Assembly (NCBI GenBank): GCA_965215885.1
Contig: CBDCEW010000078.1
Span: 1 to 64,000, forward strand
Origin: Candidatus Moanibacter sp.
Lineage (GTDB): Bacteria > Verrucomicrobiota > Verrucomicrobiia > Opitutales > UBA2987
DNA length: 64,000 bases
Reading direction: 5' to 3'
The translations under genes were made by a program, and so were the position numbers. Shown here in pieces: positions 21,107 to 33,000 of the stretch (position 1 is its first letter; each line of letters opens with the position of its first letter). The notes under the pieces are model-generated. The model did no database searches and was not told the DNA's origin. It saw only the letters and a list, made by a program, of their open reading frames with translations.

Positions 21107-24100
21107 ATGGAAGACAGAATATGCAGTCTTTCCCCGGTAGTATGTATGAGGGTGATCTTAGCTGGTTTCGCCTTCGCCTTTGTCGCCCATGGTCTTTCGG
21201 GAGGTGATAACAGGTTTCCCGCTGATAAGGATTCTTCCTCTGAGACTTCACTGGCGATCACATCGATCCCATTGACCGGTAGAGACAGGGATACAGGCCA
21301 ACCCGGGTTTTCCAAAATCTCTCCACAAGAATCGGGGTTGCTTACGCGGAACGACTATGATGATCCGAGCATGTGGGGGTCGCGTTACATGGTGTTCTCA
21401 CAGGGCGCGGTAGGGACGGGTCTGGCGGCAGGCGACTACGACCGCGATGGTCGGCCGGACCTTTACGTCGTGAGTAAAACCGAGCCGAACAAGCTCTTCC
21501 GGCAGGTCGGGGACTTTGAATTTGAGGACGTCACGGATAAGGCGGGCGTGCCGGGAGGGCGGTTTTGGGGAACCGGCGCCACCTTTGTCGACATCGACAA
21601 CGATGGCGACCTCGACCTCTACACCTGTCAATACTTTGACGCCAATCTGTTGTACATCAATCAGGGCGACGGAACCTTTAAAGAGCGGGCGAAGAATTTC
21701 AACCTGGATGTATGGTCGAGTAGCGCGATGGCCTATTTCTCCGACTACGATCGGGACGGGGACCTTGATGTTTATGTCGTAACCAACTCCCTCACCCTCG
21801 AGTCCACCCTGGAGTATTCCGCCGCGGATCCGGATTACCTTTTTCGCAACAACGGTGACCGGACTTTCTCAGACGTTACCCGTGAATCCGGCGTTTATCA
21901 TAACGGGCAGGGCCTCGCCGCGGTCTGGTGGGACTCTAATCTGGACGGATGGCCGGACCTTTACGTCGCGAACGATAACCTCGACGAAGATCATTTGTAT
22001 AGAAACAACGGTGACGGCTCCTTCACCGATGTTTTGAAAGCTTCCTTCCCCCACACCACCTATTTTTCCATGGGAACCGACTTCGGCGACATCGACAACG
22101 ACGGTCTCTTTGATTTGTTCGTCGCCGATATGCAGTCCACAACGCACTTCAAGCGAAAGGTGATGATGGGGGAGATGGGTGGGCCGCTTGCCAGGCAGTT
22201 CGATCGGCAGCCCGTTCCCCAGTATATGCGCAATGCGCTATTCCTGAATACCGGCACCGAACGTTTCATGGAAGGAGCCTACCTCTATGGGATAGCGAGT
22301 ACGGATTGGACGTGGTCCGCCAAGTTTGGCGATTTGGATAACGACGGAAAACTCGATCTCCATGTCACCAACGGAATGATACGCAGCTTCATTGATGCCG
22401 ATATGGATAAGAGGTTGAGGGATACGACTATTGAAGAGGAGGCGCGGATCATGAAAGAGAGCCCGGTTCTTAAGGAGAGTAATCTCGCTTACAGAAACGA
22501 GGGGTCGCCGCGGTTCGAGGATGTCAGTCAGCTTTGGGGTCTGAATCACCTCGGTGTGAGTTTCGGAGCCGTCTTCGTCGATTTTGACCGCGACGGAAAC
22601 CTGGATATTGCCGTAAACAACTACCAGGAGCCGGTCACCCTCTATCGGAATAACCTGGGAGAGACCCAGAACCGCGCGCTGTTTGAGCTTCGCGGGAGTG
22701 TGAGCAACTCCCATGGAATCGGGAGCACGGTTACATTGGAAAGCGATTCCGGCAAGCAGATCCGATACTTGTCACCGGCGCGCGGAATTTTCTCGTCGGA
22801 TGAGCCGGTAGTTCATTTTGGATTAGGGACGGACCGGAAGATAAACCGGTTGGTCATAAACTGGCCGAGCGGTCACCGCCAGGAGTTTACGGACCTTTCG
22901 CCCAACAGGCGTTATATCGTTAGAGAACCGGAAGGCGAAGTGCGAGATTCCCGGCCGGTGCGGGATGAGGAGCCGTCTCCTCTTTTCGAGGAAGTGAGCG
23001 CGAGATACGGGCTGAACATAATGAGGAGCGAGAAAGATGCCGATGCGTATGAATACGCGAGGCAGCCGCTCTTGCCCTACCGCATGTCGAAATTGGGACC
23101 GGGACTGGCATGGGGTGATGCCGATGGTGACGAAAAGGCGGATCTCTTCGTGGCCGGACCTGCCGGGGAAGCGGGACTTCTCTTAGTGCGTGGAGACGAC
23201 CAGTACGCCGAAATCCGATTTCGCGAGGATATCGACGCCGAAGACATGGCGCCGCTGTGGTTTGATGCGGATGGAGACGGAGACGACGATCTCTTCCTCA
23301 CGCGGGGTTCGGTTGAGTGCGAAGAAGGCGCAGCCGTTTTGCAGGATCTATTGTATCTGAATGATGGGAGCGGGCTTTTTGAAAAAGCGCCGGAGGGCAC
23401 GATTCCAGGGAGTCTCGTGAGCACTGGGGCAGTCGCCGCGGCGGATTTCGACCGGGACGGCGACCTCGATCTCTTTGTGGGAGGACGCGTGATTCCGGGG
23501 CGCTATCCCCTGGCCCCCGAAAGCGGTCTATGGGAGAATCGGGAAGGGCGTTTTGTCGATATTACGGATGAGTGGGCCGAGGGCCTGCGCACCGTGGGAA
23601 TGGTGACGAGCGCTCTTTGGTCTGATGCGAACGGAGATGGTTGGGTGGACCTGCTTCTGACGACAGAGTGGGGGTCTGTCACCGTTTTTCAAAATACAGG
23701 GCACAACTTCAAGAATGTGACCTCACAAATGGGAACGGCCGAAATCAAGGGATGGTGGAACAGCCTCGCCGGAGGGGACATTGATGGAGACGGCGATATC
23801 GATTATGTGGCGGGCAACGTCGGCTTGAATACTAAATACCATGCCGGCCTGGAGAAGCCCCTTCTCCTATATTACGGTGACTTTTCCGGAACCGAGGGGA
23901 GGCCGAATCTGGTGGAAGCGGAAATTGAGAATGATAACCTTTATCCGATCCGGGGAAAGAGCTGCAGCACGGGCGCCATGCCGTTCTTGACCGAGCGATT
24001 TCCTACTTACCGCTCCTGGGGGGCCGCCCTCCTCAAGGAGATCTATGTGCCGAAAACTCTCGAATCGAGCACTCAGTATTCTATTAACGAATTATCCAGC

Positions 24101-24754
24101 GGGATCTTTTTAAATTCCGGTGACGGGTCCTTTGAGTTTCATCCCCTTCCACGAATCGCGCAGATTTCGTCCGCCTACGGGTTGGTGGTTCAGGATTTTG
24201 ACGGCGATGGATTCGCCGATATTTTTATGGCTCAGAATTTCTTCCAGCCCCAAGTCGAGACGGGGCGCTACGACGGCGGTATCAGTCTTCTCCTTCGAGG
24301 CAAAGAAAATGGAAGCTTTACTCCGGCGCCACCGGGAGAAAGCGGCCTGGTGGTTCCCGGGGACGCCAAGGCGGCGACCGCCTGTGATCTGAACGCTGAC
24401 GGTTGGCCGGATCTCGTGGTAAGCCGCAACAGCAGCACTTGTCTCGCCTTTCAGAACAGGTTGATCAAAGGGAGAAATTCTTTTTCGGTCTCACTCCGGG
24501 GAAGACCGGGTAATCCGAAAGCGATTGGGGCAAAGATAACCGTCGAATTAACGGACGGCAGGCATCGATCAGCTGAAATCTATGCGGGAGGCGGGTATCT
24601 GTCTCAGTCCGTCCCCGAGGTCTTTTTCGGGTATCCGGATGGTAACGAACCGAAGACAATTACGGTTCGATGGCCGGATGGTCAGGTATCGACACATGCA
24701 TGGACCGGCCATCGCGCGAGGATCGTCATCGAAACGCAGCTAGAGCCTGTTTGA
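21107..24754 (+). CDS. VCBS/FG-GAP repeat protein with two ASPIC-UnbV modules (CRTAC1-like)
   Basis: Many DxDxDG repeats, TDWTWS, HFGLG..WPSG, GWWNSL..GDIDGDGDIDY and GGGYLSQS..WPDG. Confidence 0.88.
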   Translation: MEDRICSLSPVVCMRVILAGFAFAFVAHGLSGGDNRFPADKDSSSETSLAITSIPLTGRDRDTGQPGFSKISPQESGLLTRNDYDDPSMWGSRYMVFSQGAVGTGLAAGDYDRDGRPDLYVVSKTEPNKLFRQVGDFEFEDVTDKAGVPGGRFWGTGATFVDIDNDGDLDLYTCQYFDANLLYINQGDGTFKERAKNFNLDVWSSSAMAYFSDYDRDGDLDVYVVTNSLTLESTLEYSAADPDYLFRNNGDRTFSDVTRESGVYHNGQGLAAVWWDSNLDGWPDLYVANDNLDEDHLYRNNGDGSFTDVLKASFPHTTYFSMGTDFGDIDNDGLFDLFVADMQSTTHFKRKVMMGEMGGPLARQFDRQPVPQYMRNALFLNTGTERFMEGAYLYGIASTDWTWSAKFGDLDNDGKLDLHVTNGMIRSFIDADMDKRLRDTTIEEEARIMKESPVLKESNLAYRNEGSPRFEDVSQLWGLNHLGVSFGAVFVDFDRDGNLDIAVNNYQEPVTLYRNNLGETQNRALFELRGSVSNSHGIGSTVTLESDSGKQIRYLSPARGIFSSDEPVVHFGLGTDRKINRLVINWPSGHRQEFTDLSPNRRYIVREPEGEVRDSRPVRDEEPSPLFEEVSARYGLNIMRSEKDADAYEYARQPLLPYRMSKLGPGLAWGDADGDEKADLFVAGPAGEAGLLLVRGDDQYAEIRFREDIDAEDMAPLWFDADGDGDDDLFLTRGSVECEEGAAVLQDLLYLNDGSGLFEKAPEGTIPGSLVSTGAVAAADFDRDGDLDLFVGGRVIPGRYPLAPESGLWENREGRFVDITDEWAEGLRTVGMVTSALWSDANGDGWVDLLLTTEWGSVTVFQNTGHNFKNVTSQMGTAEIKGWWNSLAGGDIDGDGDIDYVAGNVGLNTKYHAGLEKPLLLYYGDFSGTEGRPNLVEAEIENDNLYPIRGKSCSTGAMPFLTERFPTYRSWGAALLKEIYVPKTLESSTQYSINELSSGIFLNSGDGSFEFHPLPRIAQISSAYGLVVQDFDGDGFADIFMAQNFFQPQVETGRYDGGISLLLRGKENGSFTPAPPGESGLVVPGDAKAATACDLNADGWPDLVVSRNSSTCLAFQNRLIKGRNSFSVSLRGRPGNPKAIGAKITVELTDGRHRSAEIYAGGGYLSQSVPEVFFGYPDGNEPKTITVRWPDGQVSTHAWTGHRARIVIETQLEPV

Positions 24755-24763
24755 AAAGGGTAA

Positions 24764-26773
24764 ATGCCCTTTCAATGGCCTCCTGATAGAAAAATGGCTT
24801 TCACTAAGAAACAGGAGCGTGTGCTGCGTGTCGTGTTACTTCTTATTCCGATTCTGTTTTTCGTTTTGCTGGAATTAATCCTAAGAGTTTGCAACTACGG
24901 AACCGATCTCCCTCTCTTTAAAACATTAAACTCTAATCCGGATTACTATACCATTAATCCGAAATTGGGCCAAAGGTATTTTTTATCGCAGAACGTGGGG
25001 GCGGAAGTTTCACAGACGGAAGTCTTCTTAAAGAAAAAACCGCCCACAGGGGTTCGGATTTTTGCCTTAGGGGGATCCACCACGGCAGGATTTCCCTACG
25101 AGTATAATGCCAGGTTCCCGTCCATTCTCAAAGTTATACTGAAAGCAATCTATCCGAACAAGCATATCGAAGTCATCAACCTGGCAATGCCGGCCGTTTC
25201 AACCTATGCAGTGCGTGACATCGCATTCGAACTGGCCGAATACGCCCCTGATCTGATCGTGATTTATTCCGGTCACAATGAATTTTACGGTGGATTCGGA
25301 GTAGGTTCGAGAGAATCACTTGGAAATCTCCGTTGGCTAACAAATTTGTATTTGAGCCTGCAAAAGTACAAAACTCTGCAACTGATCAGAGATGCCATCA
25401 GAGCGCCTCGCGATTCGACGGGAGACAAACCGGGCGACTCCCGAAACCCCCGCGGCCTGATGGAACATATGGCGCGTGAGCGACACATCCCTTACGGCAG
25501 TAGCCTTTATCATAGGGCGAGTGAAGCATTTGAGGCAAACATCAAGGATGTGGTCGAATACTGCCAGGAACATCATATACCCGTATTTATCGGTACCCTG
25601 GTCAGCAACATTCGTAATCACCAACCATTCCGTGATGCTTTTGAGAACACGGATTCGAAAAAACGCTGGAGAAAGCAATTCAAAATTGCAAAGTCGGCGT
25701 TCGATTCAAAGGCATTCGAAACCGCGTTAAAGGAATTGGGACGTTGTGTCGAAACAGATTCAATACCCGCAAGTCAATATTTCCTCAAAGGGGAAATTCA
25801 CCTGGCTTTGGGCGATACCAGCAGTGCAATCCAGGCCTTTTACCAGGCAAAAGACTTTGATGCCTTGCGTTTTCGTGCCAGCGAGGATTTGAACGAACGT
25901 TTGTACCGGATTGGCAAAACTAGGAATGTCGCCATTGTGCCGATCAAAAAGGCCTTCGAACAGGCTTCTCCAGGGGGTCTTCCAGGCGATAATCTGTTTC
26001 TGGAACATCTGCATCCGAATGTCGATGGGTACAGGCTAATGGCAAAGACGTTTGCCGGAGCCATCGCAAAGGCCGGAATTATTGAGAATTCTGTCGCCGG
26101 AGATTTGCCTGATTCACTCTGGATCGACGAGATATACGTCACTGAAGGAGATTTGGCGGTCGCAGAGTTCCGAATTCAACGTCTGACCCAGGGGTGGCCT
26201 TTCACTTCTGAAAGTTCCGTTGAGAAAGAGGGCTCTAATTTTCTGGATTCAAGCCCTATCCGGCAGTTAGCCTGGCAATTCTGCAACAAGGCGGTCGACT
26301 GGGAAACAATGCACGTAAAGTCGGCGGAATACTATTCCCAGTTGAATCAATGGGACAAGGCCGAACTGGAATACCGCGCCTTGCTACAGGCAGCGCCAAT
26401 GAACCATATTGCCCATATCTATTTAGGAAACGCCTTAATGCGTCAGAAGAGCTTTGGTGAGGCATTAAAAGTATTCGAACAATCGCTGGAAATTAAACCG
26501 AGCGCCTATGCTTACAAAATGATGGGCAGGATTTACATGATGCGCGAGGACGCGGCTGTAGGCAAAGTCTACTTCGAAGAAGCCGTAAAAATAGCACCGA
26601 ATGACATAGAAGCACAATTCGATCTGGCACAAACTTATGCGCTCACGGCAGAATTCGAGAAAGCAAACCTATGGGTTCAACGCGTACTTCGCATGAACAG
26701 GTATCATGAGGGAGCGAGGAAATTATCCGAGTATGTCGAGCAGCAGTTGGGTCGTGCAAATCATAGACAATAG
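24764..26773 (+). CDS. Membrane-anchored SGNH/GDSL-like domain protein with TPR repeats
   Basis: N-terminal TM helix; LGGSTTAGFPY, YSGHNEFYG and EHLHPN motifs; C-terminal TPRs; visibly AT-richer than neighbours. Confidence 0.8.
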   Translation: MPFQWPPDRKMAFTKKQERVLRVVLLLIPILFFVLLELILRVCNYGTDLPLFKTLNSNPDYYTINPKLGQRYFLSQNVGAEVSQTEVFLKKKPPTGVRIFALGGSTTAGFPYEYNARFPSILKVILKAIYPNKHIEVINLAMPAVSTYAVRDIAFELAEYAPDLIVIYSGHNEFYGGFGVGSRESLGNLRWLTNLYLSLQKYKTLQLIRDAIRAPRDSTGDKPGDSRNPRGLMEHMARERHIPYGSSLYHRASEAFEANIKDVVEYCQEHHIPVFIGTLVSNIRNHQPFRDAFENTDSKKRWRKQFKIAKSAFDSKAFETALKELGRCVETDSIPASQYFLKGEIHLALGDTSSAIQAFYQAKDFDALRFRASEDLNERLYRIGKTRNVAIVPIKKAFEQASPGGLPGDNLFLEHLHPNVDGYRLMAKTFAGAIAKAGIIENSVAGDLPDSLWIDEIYVTEGDLAVAEFRIQRLTQGWPFTSESSVEKEGSNFLDSSPIRQLAWQFCNKAVDWETMHVKSAEYYSQLNQWDKAELEYRALLQAAPMNHIAHIYLGNALMRQKSFGEALKVFEQSLEIKPSAYAYKMMGRIYMMREDAAVGKVYFEEAVKIAPNDIEAQFDLAQTYALTAEFEKANLWVQRVLRMNRYHEGARKLSEYVEQQLGRANHRQ

Positions 26774-26845
26774 TCATCGAATGCCGACAGGAAGCACCAC
26801 GGTCTCTATGTAGCGATTGTTAGGCGGCCGACCCATGCTCCCGTG

Positions 26846-27886
26846 TCAATGGGAATGGCTCAGATGGCAATCGAAGCGCACGAGAAACGGCGTGTGGTGG
26901 GGCAATTTATTCGGAGTCGCCATCCGTTCGTCCGGCAGTTGAGAGAGTCCCCACTCGATTCCTCCTCCGTAATTCCCGTCCTTGGTCGTGGGGGCACAGT
27001 GAACACCGGGATCGCAGATCGCGACCTTGTGGTACTTAAGCGCCAGATCGATGGCGCTCCTCAACTCGTCGTCATCGGTACCGGCGACTATTTCGGTAGT
27101 CTGATGGAACTGTATGCCGTCGTCGCTGTACTGGACAATCAATGGTGCGTGGTCGCATATCATGGCGACGCCCGTTCGGTGCGGCCAGAAGCAACCGGTG
27201 TGGCTTTTTGTGATCGGATTCGCCGGCAACCTGCGGTACGGCCCGATGGGGTTGTCGGCAACGGCGGCACATATATGATTATTGATGATCTTTTCGGTCT
27301 CCTCCTCGAAGCCGTATCCCTTGAAGTACAACCAGTAGGCGCCGTCGCGTGAAAACGCGCACGCGTCATCCTGACCGATTACGTCAAACGCACCCACGCC
27401 GCCCGGCGAAAGCAGCGGCGCATCATCGTCGACCGGCTCGAACGGCCCCTCGGGAATGTCCGCCGTCGCCAAGCCCAGGCACTTTTTGTACAGATGTCCG
27501 TCCCTGTGCCCCGCAGTAAAAAACAGGTAGAACCTTTCACCGACGACCACGACATGAGGCGCATGCTTTCCCGTCTCGTGCCAGGCCCCGGGTTTGCTCG
27601 ATTTCATCACGCTGCCGCACTCTTTCCAATGCCGGCCGTCGTCGGATACAGCCAGCCATATCTCGGTATAGTTGCTCGCGGGCCATATATCCTCCCAGCG
27701 CTCGCGGTTGACAAACCGGGTGTACCACACGTGGTAAGTGCTGTCGATTTTGAGGATGTTGCTGGGATCGTGACGAACGATCTGCGAGTTCCTGTCGAAA
27801 CCGTGCACTTGCGATATCGTAAAATCGGCCCGTTTCAGTTCCAAAGGCACATCCGGTGAAGCTTGCTTGTCTCTGTGCTCTTCCAT
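26846..27886 (-). CDS. Five-bladed beta-propeller glycoside hydrolase (GH117/GH43-like)
   Basis: RHDPSNILK..YHVWYT, IWLAVSDDG..W, DDAC..YWLYFKG. Confidence 0.75.
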   Translation of the reverse strand: MEEHRDKQASPDVPLELKRADFTISQVHGFDRNSQIVRHDPSNILKIDSTYHVWYTRFVNRERWEDIWPASNYTEIWLAVSDDGRHWKECGSVMKSSKPGAWHETGKHAPHVVVVGERFYLFFTAGHRDGHLYKKCLGLATADIPEGPFEPVDDDAPLLSPGGVGAFDVIGQDDACAFSRDGAYWLYFKGYGFEEETEKIINNHICAAVADNPIGPYRRLPANPITKSHTGCFWPHRTGVAMICDHAPLIVQYSDDGIQFHQTTEIVAGTDDDELRSAIDLALKYHKVAICDPGVHCAPTTKDGNYGGGIEWGLSQLPDERMATPNKLPHHTPFLVRFDCHLSHSH

Positions 27887-28090
27887 CGCACTCCTCTTAT
27901 TCTATCACTATTTTGAACTATAGGCTAACGAGCAAGTACAGGTAATACCACTACTACCTTGCAAGAGCGCGACGGTGTAGGCTTGCGTTTAGTAATTCGA
28001 GGAAGTCTGTGAGTGCGCACATTCCTCCATATTTCGAGAGACTGGGTTTTGAGGGATTGTAGCACAGAGGTTGTTTACTCACCGCGATCC

Positions 28091-29896
28091 TTACCGGTCC
28101 GGGATCTGTTGCCGCAAGCGTGCCTCCACGACCGCTATGATCGGATCCGAATCGCGCATCCCCCGCGCCACGATGAGAGCCTTCTGCCAATAGTCCCGAG
28201 CTCGCGTCTGTTCGCCTTTTTCCCAAAACACGTCGCCCAGCGCGATTGAGGCGTTCACGTCTTCAGGACGCTCCTTACTGTAGACTTCCATACTCTCGGC
28301 GGCGGCTTCGTAGTTTCCCATCCTTGCGTGGACCACGCCGAGGTTCAAGTGCAGCTCAACGTTGCTCGGATCGCCGGAAAGCGCCCCCTGGTAGTCCATG
28401 GCCGCTCCCGGATAGTCTCCCTCCCTCGCTTTGCGATTGCCGGATTGCTGAAGAAAGGTCAGGAACATGGCGAGCAATTCGGGGTTATCCGGTTCCAGGT
28501 TCATGGCTTCGCGCAGGGGCGGCCCGCCTCGTTCGAGATCGTCCTTTTCCAGGTAATACTGCGCCAGGAATACACGCGAATGGTAATCCAATAACGAACG
28601 TCTCCGCACCTCCTGGAAAAAGCCCATGGCTTCACTTTCGCGCCCTTCTTCCCAAAGCGTTCGAGCAAGGTTGCGCAGAGACGGGAGGTGTGAGGGATCC
28701 TGCTGTAAGGCCTTGCGCAAATGAATCTGCGCTTCTGTGCGCTCTCCCTGCTCAATGAGTAACTCGGCCAACGCGCTCAGTATATCCGGTGAACGCGGAT
28801 TCTCCTCCAATCCTTTGAAAGCCATGGAGATTGCAGTATCTTCCTCCCCCAATCCCCGGTAGAGGCGCACGAGTTCACCATAGATCATGGTCGCATCCCC
28901 GCCGAATTGCAGGGCCTTTCTGTAGGCGGAAATGGCCGCCTTTTTGTCCCCCATTTCCGAGTAGGCCAAGCCCCGAACGAGGTGTAATTTGGGCGACTCG
29001 GGCGCGATGTTCTCGGCCCGATCGAGAATATCCAAAGCGCTTTCGAATTGGCGAGTGGCCACCTCTATGTCCGCCAGCACGGTCAAGCGATACAGGTCGT
29101 AACAGCGGGTCGTTAAGGTATCCATCCACGGGTCCGGGCTCTCGCGATAGCGCCCGTGTTTCTGTCCAAGCGCGCGGGCCACTTCAGCTCGATACCTTTC
29201 GCCCTTTTTATCCAGCAGCTGCGCCATCAGCATATAACCGGGACCAAATCCCCCAATGGTTTCCCCCATTCGTGACAGCAGGGAGAGGACCTCTTCCTCC
29301 TCACCTTGTCGAAGACGCTCGCGCGCAATGCCAAGCAGGGCATAGACATTGGTCGCATCCAACTGCAGACATTTAAGGTAAGCCTCGTGCGCAGATTCCG
29401 GTTTGCCGGATTTTAACAAAACGTCGCCCAATCGAAGCTGGGCCGGTAAGTAAGTCGGCTGCAGCGCGACCACCTTTCTCAAATGGCTCTCGGCCAAGGC
29501 GAGATCGCCCCAGTTCAGGCGCAGATCTGCCAGGTAGTAAGCCCATCGCGGCTCTCCCTGATCCCGTTCATGCAATAAGGTATAGCAGGTTTCCGCCTCC
29601 TTCAGGAAGCTATTCGCATGATAAAGCATCGCCAGTTCACCCAGCCCTTCGACTCCGGTCCCGAACGGGGACACCGCGTCGCTCGCGTCTTGCAGCGCCT
29701 GAGCAAACGCTTCAGGCCATGCGCTCGTATCCGGCAAAGGGGGCTGCTGCTTGCGAAGCGCATCGATCGCACGTTTGCGCTCCATAAGACCCGCACCGTA
29801 CCACAGGCCAAAGGAAATCAAGGCCAGGAGGATCAAACCCATCGCGTAAACGAAGTGCTTGCGTCGAAATCGGGCAGTTTCCTTTCGTTGTGTCAT
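28091..29896 (-). CDS. Tetratricopeptide repeat protein with N-terminal membrane anchor
   Basis: TM segment followed by many TPR units (LGELAMLYHAN..EAETCY, RWAYYLA, DPW). Confidence 0.85.
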   Translation of the reverse strand: MTQRKETARFRRKHFVYAMGLILLALISFGLWYGAGLMERKRAIDALRKQQPPLPDTSAWPEAFAQALQDASDAVSPFGTGVEGLGELAMLYHANSFLKEAETCYTLLHERDQGEPRWAYYLADLRLNWGDLALAESHLRKVVALQPTYLPAQLRLGDVLLKSGKPESAHEAYLKCLQLDATNVYALLGIARERLRQGEEEEVLSLLSRMGETIGGFGPGYMLMAQLLDKKGERYRAEVARALGQKHGRYRESPDPWMDTLTTRCYDLYRLTVLADIEVATRQFESALDILDRAENIAPESPKLHLVRGLAYSEMGDKKAAISAYRKALQFGGDATMIYGELVRLYRGLGEEDTAISMAFKGLEENPRSPDILSALAELLIEQGERTEAQIHLRKALQQDPSHLPSLRNLARTLWEEGRESEAMGFFQEVRRRSLLDYHSRVFLAQYYLEKDDLERGGPPLREAMNLEPDNPELLAMFLTFLQQSGNRKAREGDYPGAAMDYQGALSGDPSNVELHLNLGVVHARMGNYEAAAESMEVYSKERPEDVNASIALGDVFWEKGEQTRARDYWQKALIVARGMRDSDPIIAVVEARLRQQIPDR

Positions 29897-30037
29897 TAGT
29901 CGAGTTCGCTGTTATCACTCAGTCGGGCTTCCATTGCGCCCAGTGTAGACGTCGGGATAAAACCGCTACGCCTGGAATGACGATTAGATTGGTAATTGCA
30001 GGCGACCTGTTCAAAATGAGACACTGATCAAGTCTAT

Positions 30038-33000
30038 CTACCGCCGAATGACCATCAAGCGATTCTTCTCGATGCCAGAATTAATCCTGTTCTCTGAGCC
30101 ATCAGACCAAGTCACCAAAACCGCTTTGATTCGAGCCCCACTGCCCAATCCAAAATGAAGCCTCTGACCCTGAAAGCCGACATACCCTTGGCCCATTTTA
30201 ACTTCTCGGCGATAAGTAGCACGGTCGGTGACAACTTTGACGACCGCGTTGCCCGCCTGCTTAAATCCCACAGAATCAACCAGATCAATCAGAAGAGCGT
30301 CGCCAGCTGCTGAATTGACCATGAACTGAAAGGGTGTCAGCGCTCCGCTCGTTAGAACATCAAGATCACCGTCGAGATCGATGTCGAAAATGAGGCTGGA
30401 CGAGTTCATGACAAGCTTTTCTTCGATGTCCTTTTGATGTTCTGAGAGCTCGAAAACCTTTCCCGCTTTGTTCTCGAGCCATAGATTTGAATAGGAAACC
30501 TCTTTCTCGACACCGGCAAAGCCATTGACCACAAAGAGATCTTGCCATCCGTCATTGTTCAAGTCGGCAAATCGACTGCCCCAGGCCCAACCCGTTTCAT
30601 TGATTTTAAAGGCTGCCGCTCGGTCCCTCTCCCAGCCATTAGTTTTGCCAGTGTTGAATAAGGCATTCCTGGACGCTGATCTTGATGACTTATAAAGAGG
30701 CGGCGAAGCGACCTTGCCAATATTGACATCGCGAATGAGTCTGCAGAATGTCGCAAGGAAGGGCACCAAGTTCTTTTGTTCGCAGAAAGACATTTGATCT
30801 CGGCCGACATGTCTCATCAACTGCACAACCTGCTGACAAGCCTTCTTGCGATTCGCATTTTGAAATTGATCACAAGCCGCAAGATTCGCATTTCTTTTGT
30901 TTCCGACTTCAAGTGCGGCGAACATCTCAGTGAGTTCAAGACACTGGCTTTTCGCACCTTCTTCCCAAAGCTGACAGAGGGCGGTCAGCGGGCGAGGCTC
31001 TCCGACCCAATCGGACCTCATAAAATGACTGCCAACGACGATTTGCTCAGGCACTTGGTCTCCATCGATATCGGCAGCATCGACACCCATCCCTGTGGTA
31101 GGCACAGGGACCTTTGACGGAAGCAGGTTGAGTTGCCCGGACTTATAAGTGCTGAGATAAGATGGCATGCCGAAATCATTCGCCACAATAAGATCTGTAT
31201 TGCCATCGCCATTTGCATCGGTAAAAAGATTCGCCAGGCTTTCACCGACCCATTGCTCATTCTTTTGAACCTCAAATTCTGGAAAATGATTGTAAAGAAT
31301 TACGTTTTCGCTTTTCAACGGGCGCGTTTTGTTGCGAATTAGGAAATGTGCAGCATGACTGTGGGCAAAGGCCAAGTCCGGCAGACCATTCTGATCTAGA
31401 TCTGCCACGGTGATTGCAGATGGGATGCTCCCCTGCGTCCCGGGAATCTGGATCCAAGACGAAGTCCCCCAACCTCCATCATTATTCCCCCAACCTCCAT
31501 TATTATTTAAGATATAAGAAATTCCCGAGAAAAAACTCGAGGCGAGAAGATCTAGATCCCCGTCATTGTCGAGGTCGATCAACGCGAGAACTAAAATCCG
31601 TTCGTGCAATTGCGGCAATGGAACTCGCTTAAATTCTCCGCCAGTATTGGCATAAGCGTCGATATGGTTTTCGCTGGCGACGACAATGTCCTGCCAAAGG
31701 TCCCCATTGAAATCGCCGTTGGTCATCGGTCGAGCCGTTCCTATTTCAGGTTCCGCGTAAATCAACGGGCTCGGGAAATAGCTCACTATCCCAAGGCTCA
31801 ATCCTGACACGACCTTAACTTTATCTCTCGTGCGCTCACGCAGAGCATAGGTCTCAACTTCGACTCCTTCATACCGTCCCTTGTCGATTCTCTCTAAAAC
31901 AGGACCGGTATTTTTCGGATCATAGGAGACGACTGCAAGAGCCACTGCTTGCTTCACTTGAGGCAGCTGCACGGCCTCAGTTTTGTCGTCCGACAAGTAG
32001 AGCTCCGACACTCCTGAAAGTAAAATCGCACAGCTCATCACGGCAGCAAAAATATAAGATGAAAGGCGCAAAGAAAGCATCTTTCCGACAAGAAAATAGC
32101 TATAAATGCTAAAGCTACCCAACGAGAACAGCAGAGCAGCAACCAGCCACATCGGCGAGCCCGACTGGTAAAACGAATTGGCGACGATCACGTCAACACC
32201 TATTGGAAGAGGTAAAAATGTTCCAAAAAATGAAACCAAGAGCACATCCGGGACCGAAAATGAACGACTCTCAAAGACAGAAAGAAGACCCGAATGCGCT
32301 AACAAGGCGCCAAGCAGGCCCGCTAAGAGCATTAACGGCAGAGAAAATTTAATTACATAAAATACATTCTGAAAAACTTGTCTCAATGGATTCCGCCCAT
32401 CGAATTGAGGTGCTATCGAAGCACTCGTATCACAGCTCATTTCTTTAGCTTTTCCGACCAGACTAGGAGCGGCCTTCACTAAAAGAGGTAGCACCAAGAG
32501 TATCAGCAGAAAATTAAATGATAATTTCGCTATGACGAGCCCTGCGGGAAAGAGCGAAAAACTCATCGAGACGACGACGATATTAAAAACCGGGCTTGCC
32601 AGCATTGCAGCCAGTGCCATGGTTACTCGGCTTGAACCGAGCAGTCCAATCATCATTGGCGCGGCACAGTTAACACAGACACCGAGCGGAGTTCCAAGCC
32701 CAAGGCCCATCAAGGCCTGTGTGAAATTGTTTTGCCCGCGCGAGAAAGTCAAAGACTGAAAGAGTGAAAGGAAGAAGGCACCTAAGAGCATGCCAAAAAC
32801 CATCCCCTGCAAGTTGGTATCACACCAATTCAGCCATGTTAGAAAAACTTGAGTGACAAAGTTCTGTGATTCGGTGACCTGAAAGACCGGATTGTGACTC
32901 AACATGGATGGCTGATCGACACCCGCTCCGGTGCTTTTCTTATCGAGATCTGGATAGCGCGAGGTCATCCAAAAACTCGCCGTCAAAATTGCGATCGAGA